A stretch of DNA of 64,000 bases. Origin: Trueperaceae bacterium (GTDB lineage: Bacteria; Deinococcota; Deinococci; Deinococcales; Trueperaceae). Below the pieces are notes generated by a model. It worked only from the letters and a program-made list of their open reading frames with translations. It did not search any database and was not told the DNA's origin. The position numbers and the translations under genes are program-made. Below, piece by piece: positions 37,445 through 47,492 of this stretch (positions are counted from its first letter, which is position 1; the number at the start of each line of letters is the position of its first letter). Location: the NCBI GenBank assembly GCA_965213705.1, contig OZ243913.1, positions 512,001 through 576,000 of the forward strand, written 5' to 3'.

Positions 37445-38412
37445 GGCTTCGCGCCGACCGTCCAGTCGGAGGGGGCGCCGAGGTTGTGACCCGCGGCCAG
37501 CGCAACCATCGCGCCGTTGTCGGTGGCTAAACTGAGGGGCGGAAAGTAGGTTTTCAAACTCGTCGCGGCAAAGCGCTCGCGCAAGCGCCGGTTGGCGGCG
37601 ACGCCCCCGGCGACGACGATGTTTGAACGACCCGTCGCCGTAGCGGCGCGCAGGGTGACGGACAGTAAACTCTCCACCACGGTCTTCTCGAAACTCGCCG
37701 CCACGTCTTCCCGGACGGCTTGCGGCTCCTTTTGAAGCAGCGTCGCGACCGCCGTTTTCAAGCCGCTGAACGAGAAGTCGAAGCCGTCTTGTCCGCGTAG
37801 CGGCACCGTGAACCCATAAGCCGCGTCGTTGCCGGTCGCGGCCAGCGCGCTCAGCGCCGCGCCGCCCGCCGACAAGCCAAGCAACCGCGCGACCTTGTCG
37901 AACGCTTCCCCGGCGGCGTCGTCGCGGGACTTGCCGAGTTCCGAATAGTCGCCCCAGGCCCTGACCTCGAACAGGCTCGTGTGGCCGCCCGACGCGATAA
38001 GGCACAAAAAGGGCGGTGACGGTTCTCCTGCCGTCTCGCTCGCTGCCAAGCTCGAGGCGATGTGACCTTCTAAGTGATGCACCGGAACGAACCTTCTGTC
38101 GAGCGACCAGGCCAACGCCTTGGCGTAGGTCAGCCCGACGAGCAGCGCCCCGACCAAGCCGGGTCCGTAGGTTGCGGCGACTATGTCGACGTCACTCAGG
38201 GTCACACCCGCCGCTCGAAGCGCCCGCTGCAAAACCTCGTCGATGACCGTCAGGTGCTCGCGGCTCGCCGCTTCGGGCATCACGCCGCCGTAGCGCGTAG
38301 CGAGCGCCGTTTGCGAGGCGACCACGTTGGCGAGCACCGCGCCGCCCCGCGTTATACCGACGCCGGTATCGTCGCAAGAGGTGTCGATGCCGAGGATGAG
38401 GGGCGCGTTCAC
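37384..38412 (-). CDS. tsaD: tRNA N6-adenosine threonylcarbamoyltransferase
   Basis: 'LGIDTSCDDT', 'HHLEGH', 'SGGHT', 'DDAAGEAFDK', 'FSFSGLKT', 'TDNGAM'. Confidence 0.96.
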   Translation of the reverse strand: MNAPLILGIDTSCDDTGVGITRGGAVLANVVASQTALATRYGGVMPEAASREHLTVIDEVLQRALRAAGVTLSDVDIVAATYGPGLVGALLVGLTYAKALAWSLDRRFVPVHHLEGHIASSLAASETAGEPSPPFLCLIASGGHTSLFEVRAWGDYSELGKSRDDAAGEAFDKVARLLGLSAGGAALSALAATGNDAAYGFTVPLRGQDGFDFSFSGLKTAVATLLQKEPQAVREDVAASFEKTVVESLLSVTLRAATATGRSNIVVAGGVAANRRLRERFAATSLKTYFPPLSLATDNGAMVALAAGHNLGAPSDWTVGAKPYLPLDAGLRKSDLLDNASS

Positions 38413-38635
38413 GGTTCCAAAGTAGCACGCGAAAAACGACCGAGGCGTGCCGAGGTTTCTTGCGTTCCGAATGCGGTGCGGCGAAAGGAGTCTTTTTACC
38501 GTAGTGCCCGGAGATTTCTTCGCATACGTTCAAAACGACGCACGAGACGGGTGACTGCGTTCGTCCCCGACTTTTTGAGTATTGTTCCAGGGCTCGAGTC
38601 GGGTTTGCTCGCGACGTTACCGGTACACTGACAGC

Positions 38636-39775
38636 GTGACGTTCGACGAAATGCTGCAGCACTATCACAACCTGGAGCCTCGAGCCCTCAACGGTCGTAC
38701 CGTGTTTACCAAACCGGGTGTGCGCGCTTACCCCGAGCTTCATCCGGCCGCCGAGCTGTTCGTAAAGGCCGAGGTCTCAGGCGGGGCCTTGCTCGACGCC
38801 AGCGGTTCCGCGGGCGCGGCGGCGCTGGCGGTTTTGGACGTTTTTGACAAGGCCGGATTGGACAAGGTCGGAGCGGTGACGGTGCTCGAGCCCTCCCGCG
38901 CCGCCCTGCGCTGCGCTCAAAAAACTTTTAGCGCGCCCAACGTCGTGCTGGCCGCGGGCGCGGTTTGGGACGCGCCCGCGGCCAAAGCCGACACGGTCTT
39001 GCTGACCCCGGCGACCGACCGGGGAAATGTGCGCGTCGCCGCGGAACTGGCGGGCGCGCACGCCGCGCTGCGGGACGGCGGCGCGGTCTACGCCGCCATG
39101 CACAAAGACCAGGGGGCGAAGCGGTACGAACAGTTGCTGGCGGCACGGTTCGGCAACGCCGAGATTCTCGCCAAAAACGGCGGCTGGCGGCTGGCGGCAG
39201 CCTACAAAAAAGGCGGCGAAGCGCCAGCCCTGAACCCGGTAAAGTTCGGGGCCGCCGGGCTCGAGCTGGTCGCGGAACCGGGCGTGTACGCGGCGGGCAA
39301 GCTCGACCCCGGCACGGCCCGGTTGCTCGAGGCCTACGACTTCGAGCACACGGCCGGCAAACGCGTCCTCGACCTTGGCTGCGGTTACGGCCTGCTGGCG
39401 CTTAAGGCCTCGCTCGCCGGGGCCGAGGTCACCGCGCTCGACGACGACCTCGCGGCGGTGCGCAGCACCTACCGGAACGCCCAAGCCTACGGCCTCGACC
39501 TGCGTCTGCTCCACTCGGACGTGAATTCAGAATTGAAAGAGGACGAGCGCTTCGACACTGTGCTGACGAACCCGCCGTTTCACGTCGGCAAGGGCGTACG
39601 GCTCGAGCTGCCCCACGCGTTCATCGCCGCGGCGTACAAACACCTTCGACCGGGCGGCGAGATGGTGTTGGTCGCCAACCGGGCGCTCGCCTACGAGTCC
39701 TTGCTGGCGCGTTTCGCGTACTGGGAAACGCTTCATACGGCGGGTGGCTTCAAGGTGCTGCGGGCGTTGCGGTAG
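38636..39775 (+). CDS. Class I SAM methyltransferase, RsmC-like
   Basis: 'PGVY...LDPGT', 'LDLGCGYG', 'TNPPFH', 'VANR.L.YE'. Confidence 0.85.
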   Translation: MTFDEMLQHYHNLEPRALNGRTVFTKPGVRAYPELHPAAELFVKAEVSGGALLDASGSAGAAALAVLDVFDKAGLDKVGAVTVLEPSRAALRCAQKTFSAPNVVLAAGAVWDAPAAKADTVLLTPATDRGNVRVAAELAGAHAALRDGGAVYAAMHKDQGAKRYEQLLAARFGNAEILAKNGGWRLAAAYKKGGEAPALNPVKFGAAGLELVAEPGVYAAGKLDPGTARLLEAYDFEHTAGKRVLDLGCGYGLLALKASLAGAEVTALDDDLAAVRSTYRNAQAYGLDLRLLHSDVNSELKEDERFDTVLTNPPFHVGKGVRLELPHAFIAAAYKHLRPGGEMVLVANRALAYESLLARFAYWETLHTAGGFKVLRALR

Positions 39776-39897
39776 TTCTCGAGGGCAAAGCCCATTTTTG
39801 TTTGCACCTCACCGCAAGCCGAGACGGTCATCTTCAACTGTAACTTTCCGAGTTGTGACTGCTGAATTTCGAACTGCTGCGCCCTGGCTCCCGTCCT

Positions 39898-41352
39898 TCA
39901 GCCCAAAGCCAGCCGCGCCAGGCGCAGCAGCCGCGGCAGCGGGGTTTTGGGGAGCAGTTGCCAGGTGTGGCGGTGGCTTTTCGCCGCCCGTTCGACGCGG
40001 TCGAACATCTCCTCGAACAACGCGTCGGGCAGGTTGAGGGCGGGCGTCAGGCGGACGGTTTGAGAAGCGTTCAGGGTGAAGCACACGTGGACGCCGTGGA
40101 GGTGCAGCGCGCGCATGGCGAGGGCGCTGCCGAGTTGCTTGACCAGTTCGGTTTGGCCGGGCGCGAACCGTGACGCGACGACCGGGCGCAGTTGCAGCGC
40201 GAACAGCATCCCGGCCCCGCGCACCTCCTCGACGAAACCGGGGTAGCGCGCCTGAATCTCCCTGAGCCGCGCCAAACCGCGCTCGCCGAACACGCGCGAA
40301 CGCTCGACCAACCCTTCTTCGTGAATGATTTCCAACGACTTGAGTCCCACCGCCATCGCCAGCGAGCCGCCGCCGAAGGTGTTCGAGTGGCGTTTGCTCT
40401 CCAAACCGCCCAGGGCTTGTTTGACGATTTTTTTGCGCGCAATTGTCGCGCCGACGGGGACCAGACCGCCACCCAAGGGTTTGGCAAGCGTGATGATGTC
40501 CGGCTCGAGCCCGCCCGCCAAGGACGCGAACCAGTGCCCGGTGCGCCCCAAGCCCGACTGGATTTCGTCGGCAACGACGAGGAGGTCGTGTTTTTCGGCG
40601 AGCGCCTGCACCATCGGCAAAAACGCCTTGGGCGGCGTAATCACGCCCGCCTCGCCCTGGACGGGCTCCAGGATGATAGCGGCGATGTTGTTCGGCCCCA
40701 GCTCTCGCACCGCCCGCGCCAGCGCGCCCGCGTCGCCGTAGGGCAGCGTCTTCACGCCGGGCACCATCGGTCTGAACACGTGTTGATACTCCTCGTTGGG
40801 CGTCAGGCTCAGCGCGCCCAGGGTTTTGCCGTGGTAGGCCTTGGTAAAGTTCAGCAGGTAGCGCGCCCCCGGCCGCGCGGCGCGGGCGAACTTGACGGCC
40901 GCCTCGACGGCTTCCGCGCCGCTGTTTGAGAAAAACACCTGGCTGTCCGCGTGGCTCGGCGCTTCTCTTGCCAGCAGCGCAACGAGGTTGGTCTCTAAGG
41001 CCGCCCGCCACGCCGACGCCGACTGTTGCGGCAGGCTCATGGCAGTGTTCGCCTCCAAGTACCCCTTGATAAAACTCACCAGCGGTTCGTACCTCTCGCC
41101 GAACGGCAGCGCCGCGTAACCGCCCGCGTTGATGAGGTGCCGCCCGCGCTCGTCTTGAAGCTCCCAGGGGCTTGTCACCGTAAACGGTCCGCCGATGCCC
41201 AAAATGTCCAGTACCTTGATGAGGTCGCCGTTGCCGTACGCGGTTTCCAACTCGACGGTGCGTTGCGGGGGTAGGCCCGCCAATACGTCGGCCACGCTGA
41301 CGGGCAGGCCGGGGCGGGGTCCGGGCGCGGGTAAAGAGGGTTTGTCTGTCAA
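39898..41352 (-). CDS. Class III PLP aminotransferase (PatA/ArgD-like)
   Basis: 'NSGAEAVEAA', 'YHGKT', 'EPVQGEAG', 'DEIQSGLGRTG', 'AKPLGGG'. Confidence 0.9.
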   Translation of the reverse strand: MTDKPSLPAPGPRPGLPVSVADVLAGLPPQRTVELETAYGNGDLIKVLDILGIGGPFTVTSPWELQDERGRHLINAGGYAALPFGERYEPLVSFIKGYLEANTAMSLPQQSASAWRAALETNLVALLAREAPSHADSQVFFSNSGAEAVEAAVKFARAARPGARYLLNFTKAYHGKTLGALSLTPNEEYQHVFRPMVPGVKTLPYGDAGALARAVRELGPNNIAAIILEPVQGEAGVITPPKAFLPMVQALAEKHDLLVVADEIQSGLGRTGHWFASLAGGLEPDIITLAKPLGGGLVPVGATIARKKIVKQALGGLESKRHSNTFGGGSLAMAVGLKSLEIIHEEGLVERSRVFGERGLARLREIQARYPGFVEEVRGAGMLFALQLRPVVASRFAPGQTELVKQLGSALAMRALHLHGVHVCFTLNASQTVRLTPALNLPDALFEEMFDRVERAAKSHRHTWQLLPKTPLPRLLRLARLALG

Positions 41353-41948
41353 GGGAGCGGCTGGCTGGTCATGTTGCCGGCGCGGTCCTCCGCGGTGACG
41401 GTCGCGTCTTGCGCAGCGTCTACGTCGACGCTGAACTTGTACTCGCTCGTCGCCACGAACGCCAGCGCTTGGCCGGCAACGGTTATCAGCTTGACGAGGT
41501 CGTTGTCACGCGCTACGCCCCGCACCCGGACCCGCCCGCCGCCAAGGTCGGTAGGTTCTTGCACCTCGACGGTGGGGGGAACGGTGTCGAGTTGCAGTTC
41601 GTAAGTGTATTCGGTGACGCCTCCGGAGGTATCCGTCGCCACGATGGTCGAGGTAAAACGGTTTTTGTCGTCGGGCGTTATCCCAAACGCGAACTCGACC
41701 AGCTTTTTGCCCGCCTCACCTTGCAAGGTGGGATAGGTCAGGAGGTCTTTGCCGTTGACGACGATAGACGCCACACCCTCGTCGTCGAGCGCGTAGCCCC
41801 GAACCTCTAAGTTTTCGACCCTGCGGACCGCCCCGCTCGGCGGGTCGACAATGGTGATGATAGGCGCCATTTCGTCACCTCGCAGCAAACACCCCGTCAA
41901 GCTGAAGCTGACGACCAAACACAGTCCAAAAAGTGACAAGCGCCGCAC
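41349..41948 (-). CDS. Lipoprotein with Ig-like repeats, function unknown
   Basis: lipobox 'LTGC'; 'DTVPPTV', 'AEDRAGN'; TAAAGT 7 nt before GTG 41948. Confidence 0.7.
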   Translation of the reverse strand: MRRLSLFGLCLVVSFSLTGCLLRGDEMAPIITIVDPPSGAVRRVENLEVRGYALDDEGVASIVVNGKDLLTYPTLQGEAGKKLVEFAFGITPDDKNRFTSTIVATDTSGGVTEYTYELQLDTVPPTVEVQEPTDLGGGRVRVRGVARDNDLVKLITVAGQALAFVATSEYKFSVDVDAAQDATVTAEDRAGNMTSQPLP

Positions 41949-42399
41949 GGCTTGCACTTTACCCCACGCGTCGTTCGCGGTGTGTGAGTTCGCGGTTTGT
42001 ACGAGTTTGCAGTGTGTGCTTGTAATATGCAAGCTCACAAGGACGTGGGTCTGAGCGAGAAGCCTGTTCAACGCAACGTCTCAGGCGAAGCAAGACCCAC
42101 GAAAAAAAGGCGCGCCCTTTTTTAAGGGAGCGTGAACACCTTTCTCAAAGAAAACTTGTGCGCCGGGCTTGTCAGGCGTATATAATAAATTTCACTGATG
42201 ATTGTGCGCTGACGTTTCTCGAGTAGGCAGTTTCGTCCGGAAGCCCGACCGAGCCCCGTCGCCTGGTGCGCACATCATCCACGGAGCGCACACCGCGCTT
42301 ACACTCATGAAAGGGGTTCTACCTGGGGGCCACACCGTTGTCTTGCACCCACCGTTTTGTAGCCGTTCGTACCACTTACATCCTTGTCAAGGAGGCTCA

Positions 42400-44151
42400 A
42401 TGAAGAAGTTAGTTACGCTGCTCGCCGTTCTAGGCTTCGCCTACGCGGTCGCCCAGTCCAACACGTACGTCGAACAAGCTTTCGGCGACGTCGACACCCT
42501 CGACCCGGTTCAAGCCTACGACAGCGCCTCGGGTCAAATCATCGAAAATGTCTACGAAGGTCTCTACGGTTACTTAGGCGACAGCGTCACCGAGTACGAG
42601 CCGCGCCTGGCGACTTCATACGAAGTTTCCGACGACGGTCTGACCTACACGTTTAACCTGCGTGAGGGCGTCACCTTTCACAGCGGTAATCCCTTTACCT
42701 GCGCAGACGTCGAGTACTCGTTTCAGCGCGCGCTCGTTACCAACCCGCCCGACTCGGGTGCTTGGATCCTGATGGAGCCCTTGACCGGCTACTACAGCGA
42801 CGTCACCACCGAACTCGGTGAAGACGCGACCGACGAGCAGTACGCCGAAGCCTGGCAAAAAATCGACAGCGGCGTCGAGTGCTTGGACGACCAAACGGTG
42901 CAGTTCAACCTCGTCCAGCCCGACCCCGCCTTTTTCGCCAAGACCCTCTTTTATGCCGGTGCCATCGTCGACAGCCAGTGGGCGATTGACAACGGCATGT
43001 GGGACGGCACCCAAGCGACCTGGCGCGACTGGATAGCCGTAGACTTGCGCGACCACTACTTGCAAACCAACATGAGCGGCACCGGCGCTTACCAGCTCGT
43101 TGCCTGGGAACCGGGTGTGCGCGTGGTAGCCGAAGCCTACCCGAACTACTGGGGCGAAGCGCCCGTTATTCAGAACGTGGTTTTGCAACAGGTCGAAGAC
43201 GAAGCGGCGCGCATCCAAGCCCTCAAAGCCGGTGACGCCGACAACATCGCGCTCGGGTCACGTGCCAGCTTGCCGCAAGTTGAAGGTCAGCCGGGCGTCA
43301 AAGTCTACGACGCGGCTAAAGACGAGAGTCTGGACTGGTCGTCCGTCTCGGTCGGCGCAGCCTTTTTGAACCAAGCCATCAACCCGACCGACAACCCCAA
43401 CATCGGCTCCGGCAAGCTCGACGGCTTGGGCATTCCGCCCGACTTTTTCACCGACGTCCACGTCCGCAAGTGCTTCAACTACGCTTACGACGTCGACACT
43501 TACATTCGTGACGTTTTGCAGGGCGAGGGTGAGCAAATCACGATGGCCCTGCCGCCTTCTTACCTCGGTTACGACCCGGAAGTGCCTACCTACTCGCTCG
43601 ACTTGGAAAAAGCCGAAGAAGAGTGCAAACTGGCCTGGGACGGTCAACTGTGGGAAAACGGCATGTACATGACCATTTCCTACAACACCGGCAACAGCGG
43701 GCGGCAAACCTCGGCCGAAATTCTCAAGTCGAACCTGGAATTTTTGAACCCGAAATTCAAAATCGACGTACGGGGCATCCAGTGGTCGGACTTCTTGAGC
43801 GAGCGTCGCGCCAAAAACCTGCCGGTCTCCATCGTGTCCTGGATTCCGGACTACGCCGACCCCGACAACTACATCCACACCTTTTACGCTTCGCAAGGGT
43901 ACTACGCCAGTGACAGCGCTTACAGCAACGCTGCCATCGACGAACTCGACAACGAGGCTCGCACTTCGTTGGACACGGCGCAGCGTGAAGACCTCTACAG
44001 CCAAATCGGTCAAGCGGGCTACGAAGACGCTCCCTTTATCCTGCAGCCCGTGGGCATTCCTTTCATCGTGACGAGCGAAAACCTTCAGGGTGTTTACCGC
44101 AACCCCATGTTGAGCGGTGCCTACCTCTGGAAGGACCTTTCTAAAAACTAA
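42400..44151 (+). CDS. Peptide/nickel ABC transporter substrate-binding protein (family 5)
   Basis: AGGAGG SD; 'TLDP..AYD', 'YTFNLREGVTFHSG', 'GTGAY', 'W.PDYADP'. Confidence 0.93.
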   Translation: MKKLVTLLAVLGFAYAVAQSNTYVEQAFGDVDTLDPVQAYDSASGQIIENVYEGLYGYLGDSVTEYEPRLATSYEVSDDGLTYTFNLREGVTFHSGNPFTCADVEYSFQRALVTNPPDSGAWILMEPLTGYYSDVTTELGEDATDEQYAEAWQKIDSGVECLDDQTVQFNLVQPDPAFFAKTLFYAGAIVDSQWAIDNGMWDGTQATWRDWIAVDLRDHYLQTNMSGTGAYQLVAWEPGVRVVAEAYPNYWGEAPVIQNVVLQQVEDEAARIQALKAGDADNIALGSRASLPQVEGQPGVKVYDAAKDESLDWSSVSVGAAFLNQAINPTDNPNIGSGKLDGLGIPPDFFTDVHVRKCFNYAYDVDTYIRDVLQGEGEQITMALPPSYLGYDPEVPTYSLDLEKAEEECKLAWDGQLWENGMYMTISYNTGNSGRQTSAEILKSNLEFLNPKFKIDVRGIQWSDFLSERRAKNLPVSIVSWIPDYADPDNYIHTFYASQGYYASDSAYSNAAIDELDNEARTSLDTAQREDLYSQIGQAGYEDAPFILQPVGIPFIVTSENLQGVYRNPMLSGAYLWKDLSKN

Positions 44152-44164
44152 GCGTAGGTGTTGA

Positions 44165-44194
44165 GGGAGGGAAACGAACTTCGTTTCCCTCCCC
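44165..44194 (+). terminator. Intercistronic hairpin after the substrate-binding gene
   Basis: agggagggaaacg-aactt-cgtttccctcccc followed by tttt. Confidence 0.65.
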
Positions 44195-44209
44195 TTTTAG
44201 GAGACCGCC

Positions 44210-45235
44210 GTGGCCGCTTTTATCGTCAGACGCATTTTGTTTTTGCCCATCGTTTTTTTTGGCGTCAGCATTTTTATTATTTTGCTCATGCAACTTCTCA
44301 GCCCGACCCAGCGGGCGTCGACGTACGTGCGCAGCGAAGCGCAGTTGCGCAACATCGGCGCGATTATCGAGCAGTACGGTTTGGACAAAGGGCCGCACAT
44401 TCAGTATTGGAACTGGCTGAAAGAGGTCGGCCGGGGCAACCTCGGATTCTCGAGGGCCTCGGGTGAGCCGGTGCTCGACGCTTTCAAGCGGCGTTTCCCA
44501 AATACTTTGGAACTGGCTTTGTTGTCGTTTATTCCGACCATCGGGTTGGGGGTTTGGTTCGGGTCTATGGCGGCGCTCAACCGCGACAGGTTTCTCGACC
44601 AACTGTCGCGCGTCAGCTCTATCTTTTTGTGGTCGCTGCCGACGTTTGTGCTGGCGATTTGGCTGCTGGTCGTTTTTTACGGGGGTTTGGGCTGGTTCGG
44701 ATTGGGGCAACTGACCACCGCCCACAGTCTCGAGGTCATCCGTTCCGGCTTCACCCGCTACACCGGCTTTATGACCCTGGACGCGCTCTTAAACGGCCGC
44801 TTTGACATTTTTCTCGACGCGCTCAACCACCTCGTGTTGCCTATCGTTACCCTGGTCGCCATCCAAAGTGCTCAAATCGTCCGGGTGATGCGTTCGTCGC
44901 TGCTCGACACCTTGTCCCAGGACTACGTGCGCACCGCCAGGGCCAAAGGCTTGCGCGAAGGGGTCGTCAACCGCAAGCACGCGCTGCGCAACGCGCTCAT
45001 CCCCATCGTCACGCTGTCGGGTTTTGCCATCGTAGGCCTGCTCAACGGCGTCATCATCACGGAGACCGTTTTCGCCTACCCGGGTTTGGGCAAGTGGCTG
45101 GCGGACGCGGCCGTGCAACTCGACACCGCCGCGGTCCTGGCGGGAGCCGTGTTCACAGGTATCTTGGTCGTCCTCGCCAACTTGCTGGCGGACGTTTTAT
45201 ACGCGGTCGTCGACCCGCGGATAAGGTACAGCTGA
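44210..45235 (+). CDS. Peptide ABC permease (DppB-like)
   Basis: 'DYVRTARAKGL', 'HALRNALIP', 'ETVFAYPGLG', 'DPRIR'. Confidence 0.93.
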   Translation: MAAFIVRRILFLPIVFFGVSIFIILLMQLLSPTQRASTYVRSEAQLRNIGAIIEQYGLDKGPHIQYWNWLKEVGRGNLGFSRASGEPVLDAFKRRFPNTLELALLSFIPTIGLGVWFGSMAALNRDRFLDQLSRVSSIFLWSLPTFVLAIWLLVVFYGGLGWFGLGQLTTAHSLEVIRSGFTRYTGFMTLDALLNGRFDIFLDALNHLVLPIVTLVAIQSAQIVRVMRSSLLDTLSQDYVRTARAKGLREGVVNRKHALRNALIPIVTLSGFAIVGLLNGVIITETVFAYPGLGKWLADAAVQLDTAAVLAGAVFTGILVVLANLLADVLYAVVDPRIRYS

Positions 45236-46284
45236 TGGACAACGCCGTAGGCAGTCAAGATTTAGCGCAACCCGGCAACGTGACCCGCTCGAGTTCAGGG
45301 GGCTGGTGGAACTCCAAGGCGATGAAGCGCTTTCGGCGCAACCCGCTCGGCCTGCTGGGTACAGGCATTCTCACGCTGTTTTTGCTGGCCGCCGTGTTCG
45401 CGCCGCAACTTACCTCGACCCAGCTCATCAACTACCGCAACAACTGCGTTCGCGACTTAGGCCTCGGGCGCGAAACCGTGGCCGACGTTCGCAACCCGCT
45501 CAAACCCGTGTTCTGGCGCGCCATCGTGGCGCCGCCCGGAAGCTGTTACAGCATTCCCAGGGCGAGCTTTTCCGACGTTCCCACCCCGCCGTCCGAACTG
45601 TCGATTCTGGGCACGACGAGCGGCGGCTACGACATTTTCTACGGGCTCATCTGGGGCATTCGCACGGCTTTTCTGGCCGCTTTCGCCGTGACGGGTTTCG
45701 GGCTCGTCGTCGGGGTCATTGTAGGCAGCATCTCGGGCTACTTCGGCGGCTGGATAGACAACGTGCTCATGCGCATGGTCGATGTCATCTTCGCTATCCC
45801 AAGCCTGATTTTGGCGATGGTCATCGTGACGGTGTTGGGCCAGAGCCTGCGCAGCGTCATCATCGCTTTTATGGTGTTCGCCTGGGCGGGTTACGCAAGA
45901 TTTTTACGTGGCGAAATTTTGCAGGTGCGCGAGTTGGAGTTTGTCGACGGTGCCCGCGCCCTCGGGGCGCGCAGCCCACGGCTCATCTTCAAGCACATCC
46001 TGCCCAACTCGTTCACCTCGCTCCTTATTCTCGCCAGCCTGGACATCGGCTCGGTCGTTCTCGGGGTGGCGGCGCTGAGCTTCTTGGGTTTGGGTGCGCC
46101 GCCCGGTTTTGCCGACTGGGGGCAGATGGTCAACTTCGCCCGCGGCTGGCTGACCGGTTTGCCGGGGCAACCCTTCGCCTACTGGTACGTCATCTTTTGG
46201 CCGAGCTTTATCATCGTGCTGTTCGTACTGGGTTGGAACTTGCTCGGCGACGCGGTGCGAGACGTGTTCGACGTGCGCGGCTGA
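45235..46284 (+). CDS. Peptide ABC permease (DppC-like)
   Basis: 'LGT...GYDIF', 'GARALGA', 'HILPN', 'LSFLGLG', 'NLLGDAVRD'. Confidence 0.93.
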   Translation: MDNAVGSQDLAQPGNVTRSSSGGWWNSKAMKRFRRNPLGLLGTGILTLFLLAAVFAPQLTSTQLINYRNNCVRDLGLGRETVADVRNPLKPVFWRAIVAPPGSCYSIPRASFSDVPTPPSELSILGTTSGGYDIFYGLIWGIRTAFLAAFAVTGFGLVVGVIVGSISGYFGGWIDNVLMRMVDVIFAIPSLILAMVIVTVLGQSLRSVIIAFMVFAWAGYARFLRGEILQVRELEFVDGARALGARSPRLIFKHILPNSFTSLLILASLDIGSVVLGVAALSFLGLGAPPGFADWGQMVNFARGWLTGLPGQPFAYWYVIFWPSFIIVLFVLGWNLLGDAVRDVFDVRG

Positions 46285-46287
46285 GCT

Positions 46288-46824
46288 TTAGCGCAGCGTC
46301 ACTGCCGCTTCGTTGTCCGCGCCCAGGGTTAAACCCTCCGGCAGCAGGCCGTTGACCTCGAGCAAAAACGCCGTAACGTCTAAGTATTCCTCGTCGCTCA
46401 GCGTGCCGGGTGCGTAGCGGGGCATGGCGGCGCGAAGATAGGCGTGCAAGGTGGCGGCGTTGGCAAAGTGGGCCAGCACCCCGTCACCGCGCAGGGCGGG
46501 CGGCTCGCCGATGTTAAACGAGTTTTTTTCGGAAAGTTTGGTGTTTGCCTTGGTGGGGGCGTTGAACGTTTTGTGACAGCGTTCGCAACGCTGGTGCGCG
46601 GGGTCGAACGACGCTCTACCTTCGGCAATACCCAGCCCCGAATCCCCGTGACAGTCCGAGCAAACGAGGTCGTAGGTCTCAGCGCCGCGCAAGACTTGGG
46701 GGCTCGAGCCCGCGACGAACTCGGCGGGACTTGTCGGCTTCTCCGTCTTCATACCTTGCGCCAACGCCACAAAGACAACGCCCAAAAGCAAGCTGACAAA
46801 CGTGATAGGTATAAAGCGCTGCAC
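46288..46824 (-). CDS. Exported c-type cytochrome with two CxxCH motifs
   Basis: 'CSDCHG', 'CERCHK', distal 'AMP'; TACACT 6 nt before GTG 46824. Confidence 0.8.
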   Translation of the reverse strand: MQRFIPITFVSLLLGVVFVALAQGMKTEKPTSPAEFVAGSSPQVLRGAETYDLVCSDCHGDSGLGIAEGRASFDPAHQRCERCHKTFNAPTKANTKLSEKNSFNIGEPPALRGDGVLAHFANAATLHAYLRAAMPRYAPGTLSDEEYLDVTAFLLEVNGLLPEGLTLGADNEAAVTLR

Positions 46825-46920
46825 CCCACGAGTGTAACAGGCGGCGTAAGCCCCCGAGGTTTTCCACCGGCGTAGATTCACCCGGCACGCTTCATCAAAC
46901 GTTCCGAGTCCAGGCCTCGC

Positions 46921-47475
46921 TCAGCGCGCCAGCTTCACTTCGAAGTTGTTGGAGTATCCTGCCGCGTCTACCAAGAAACATCTCAAGTCCTCTTCGGGAC
47001 AAATCTGCACCTGGTAGATTAAGTAAAACTTGCCCTCGAGCACGCCGAAAGGAACACCTGTTTCACCGTCAAAAGCATTGGACCCCCGAACGTGAAGCGT
47101 GTCGGTTCGCGTCTCTCCGGGAAGCACCTCGATGGCCTCGTCATGCCCTACGCAGGCCGAGACTGTGTCGTACGCGGACTCTCCTTCGCCTCTGGGAGCG
47201 ATCAGCCGAACGCCGTAAATAGGCGTCGGGCTGTCCGGGTAGCACCGGGCGAGGTACAGGGGACGGTCCGTGCGGTTTTCGTAGCTCGCAACCACGGTGA
47301 ATCCGTAAGCACAGTTCGGCGCGGTACACGGGAACAACGGCCGCGCCGTGTAAGCCGTTCGGTCTGTCGTCACGGGATAATAATTGTCGACAGGGGCAGG
47401 AGAAGGACCGCACCCGCTCAGCAACAGGCCCACCAAAAAGAGACTGGTAATGCCGGAAAAACCGGACCGGCGCAC
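46921..47475 (-). CDS. Cys-rich hypothetical lipoprotein
   Basis: lipobox 'LSGC'; SD GGGGAGG. Confidence 0.7.
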   Translation of the reverse strand: MRRSGFSGITSLFLVGLLLSGCGPSPAPVDNYYPVTTDRTAYTARPLFPCTAPNCAYGFTVVASYENRTDRPLYLARCYPDSPTPIYGVRLIAPRGEGESAYDTVSACVGHDEAIEVLPGETRTDTLHVRGSNAFDGETGVPFGVLEGKFYLIYQVQICPEEDLRCFLVDAAGYSNNFEVKLAR

Positions 47476-47492
47476 GGCGACCTCCCCTAAAG

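Noticed and set aside
42190..42399. Riboswitch in the ~200-nt region upstream of the peptide-binding protein
   Set aside because: No recognisable aptamer consensus or terminator; left unassigned
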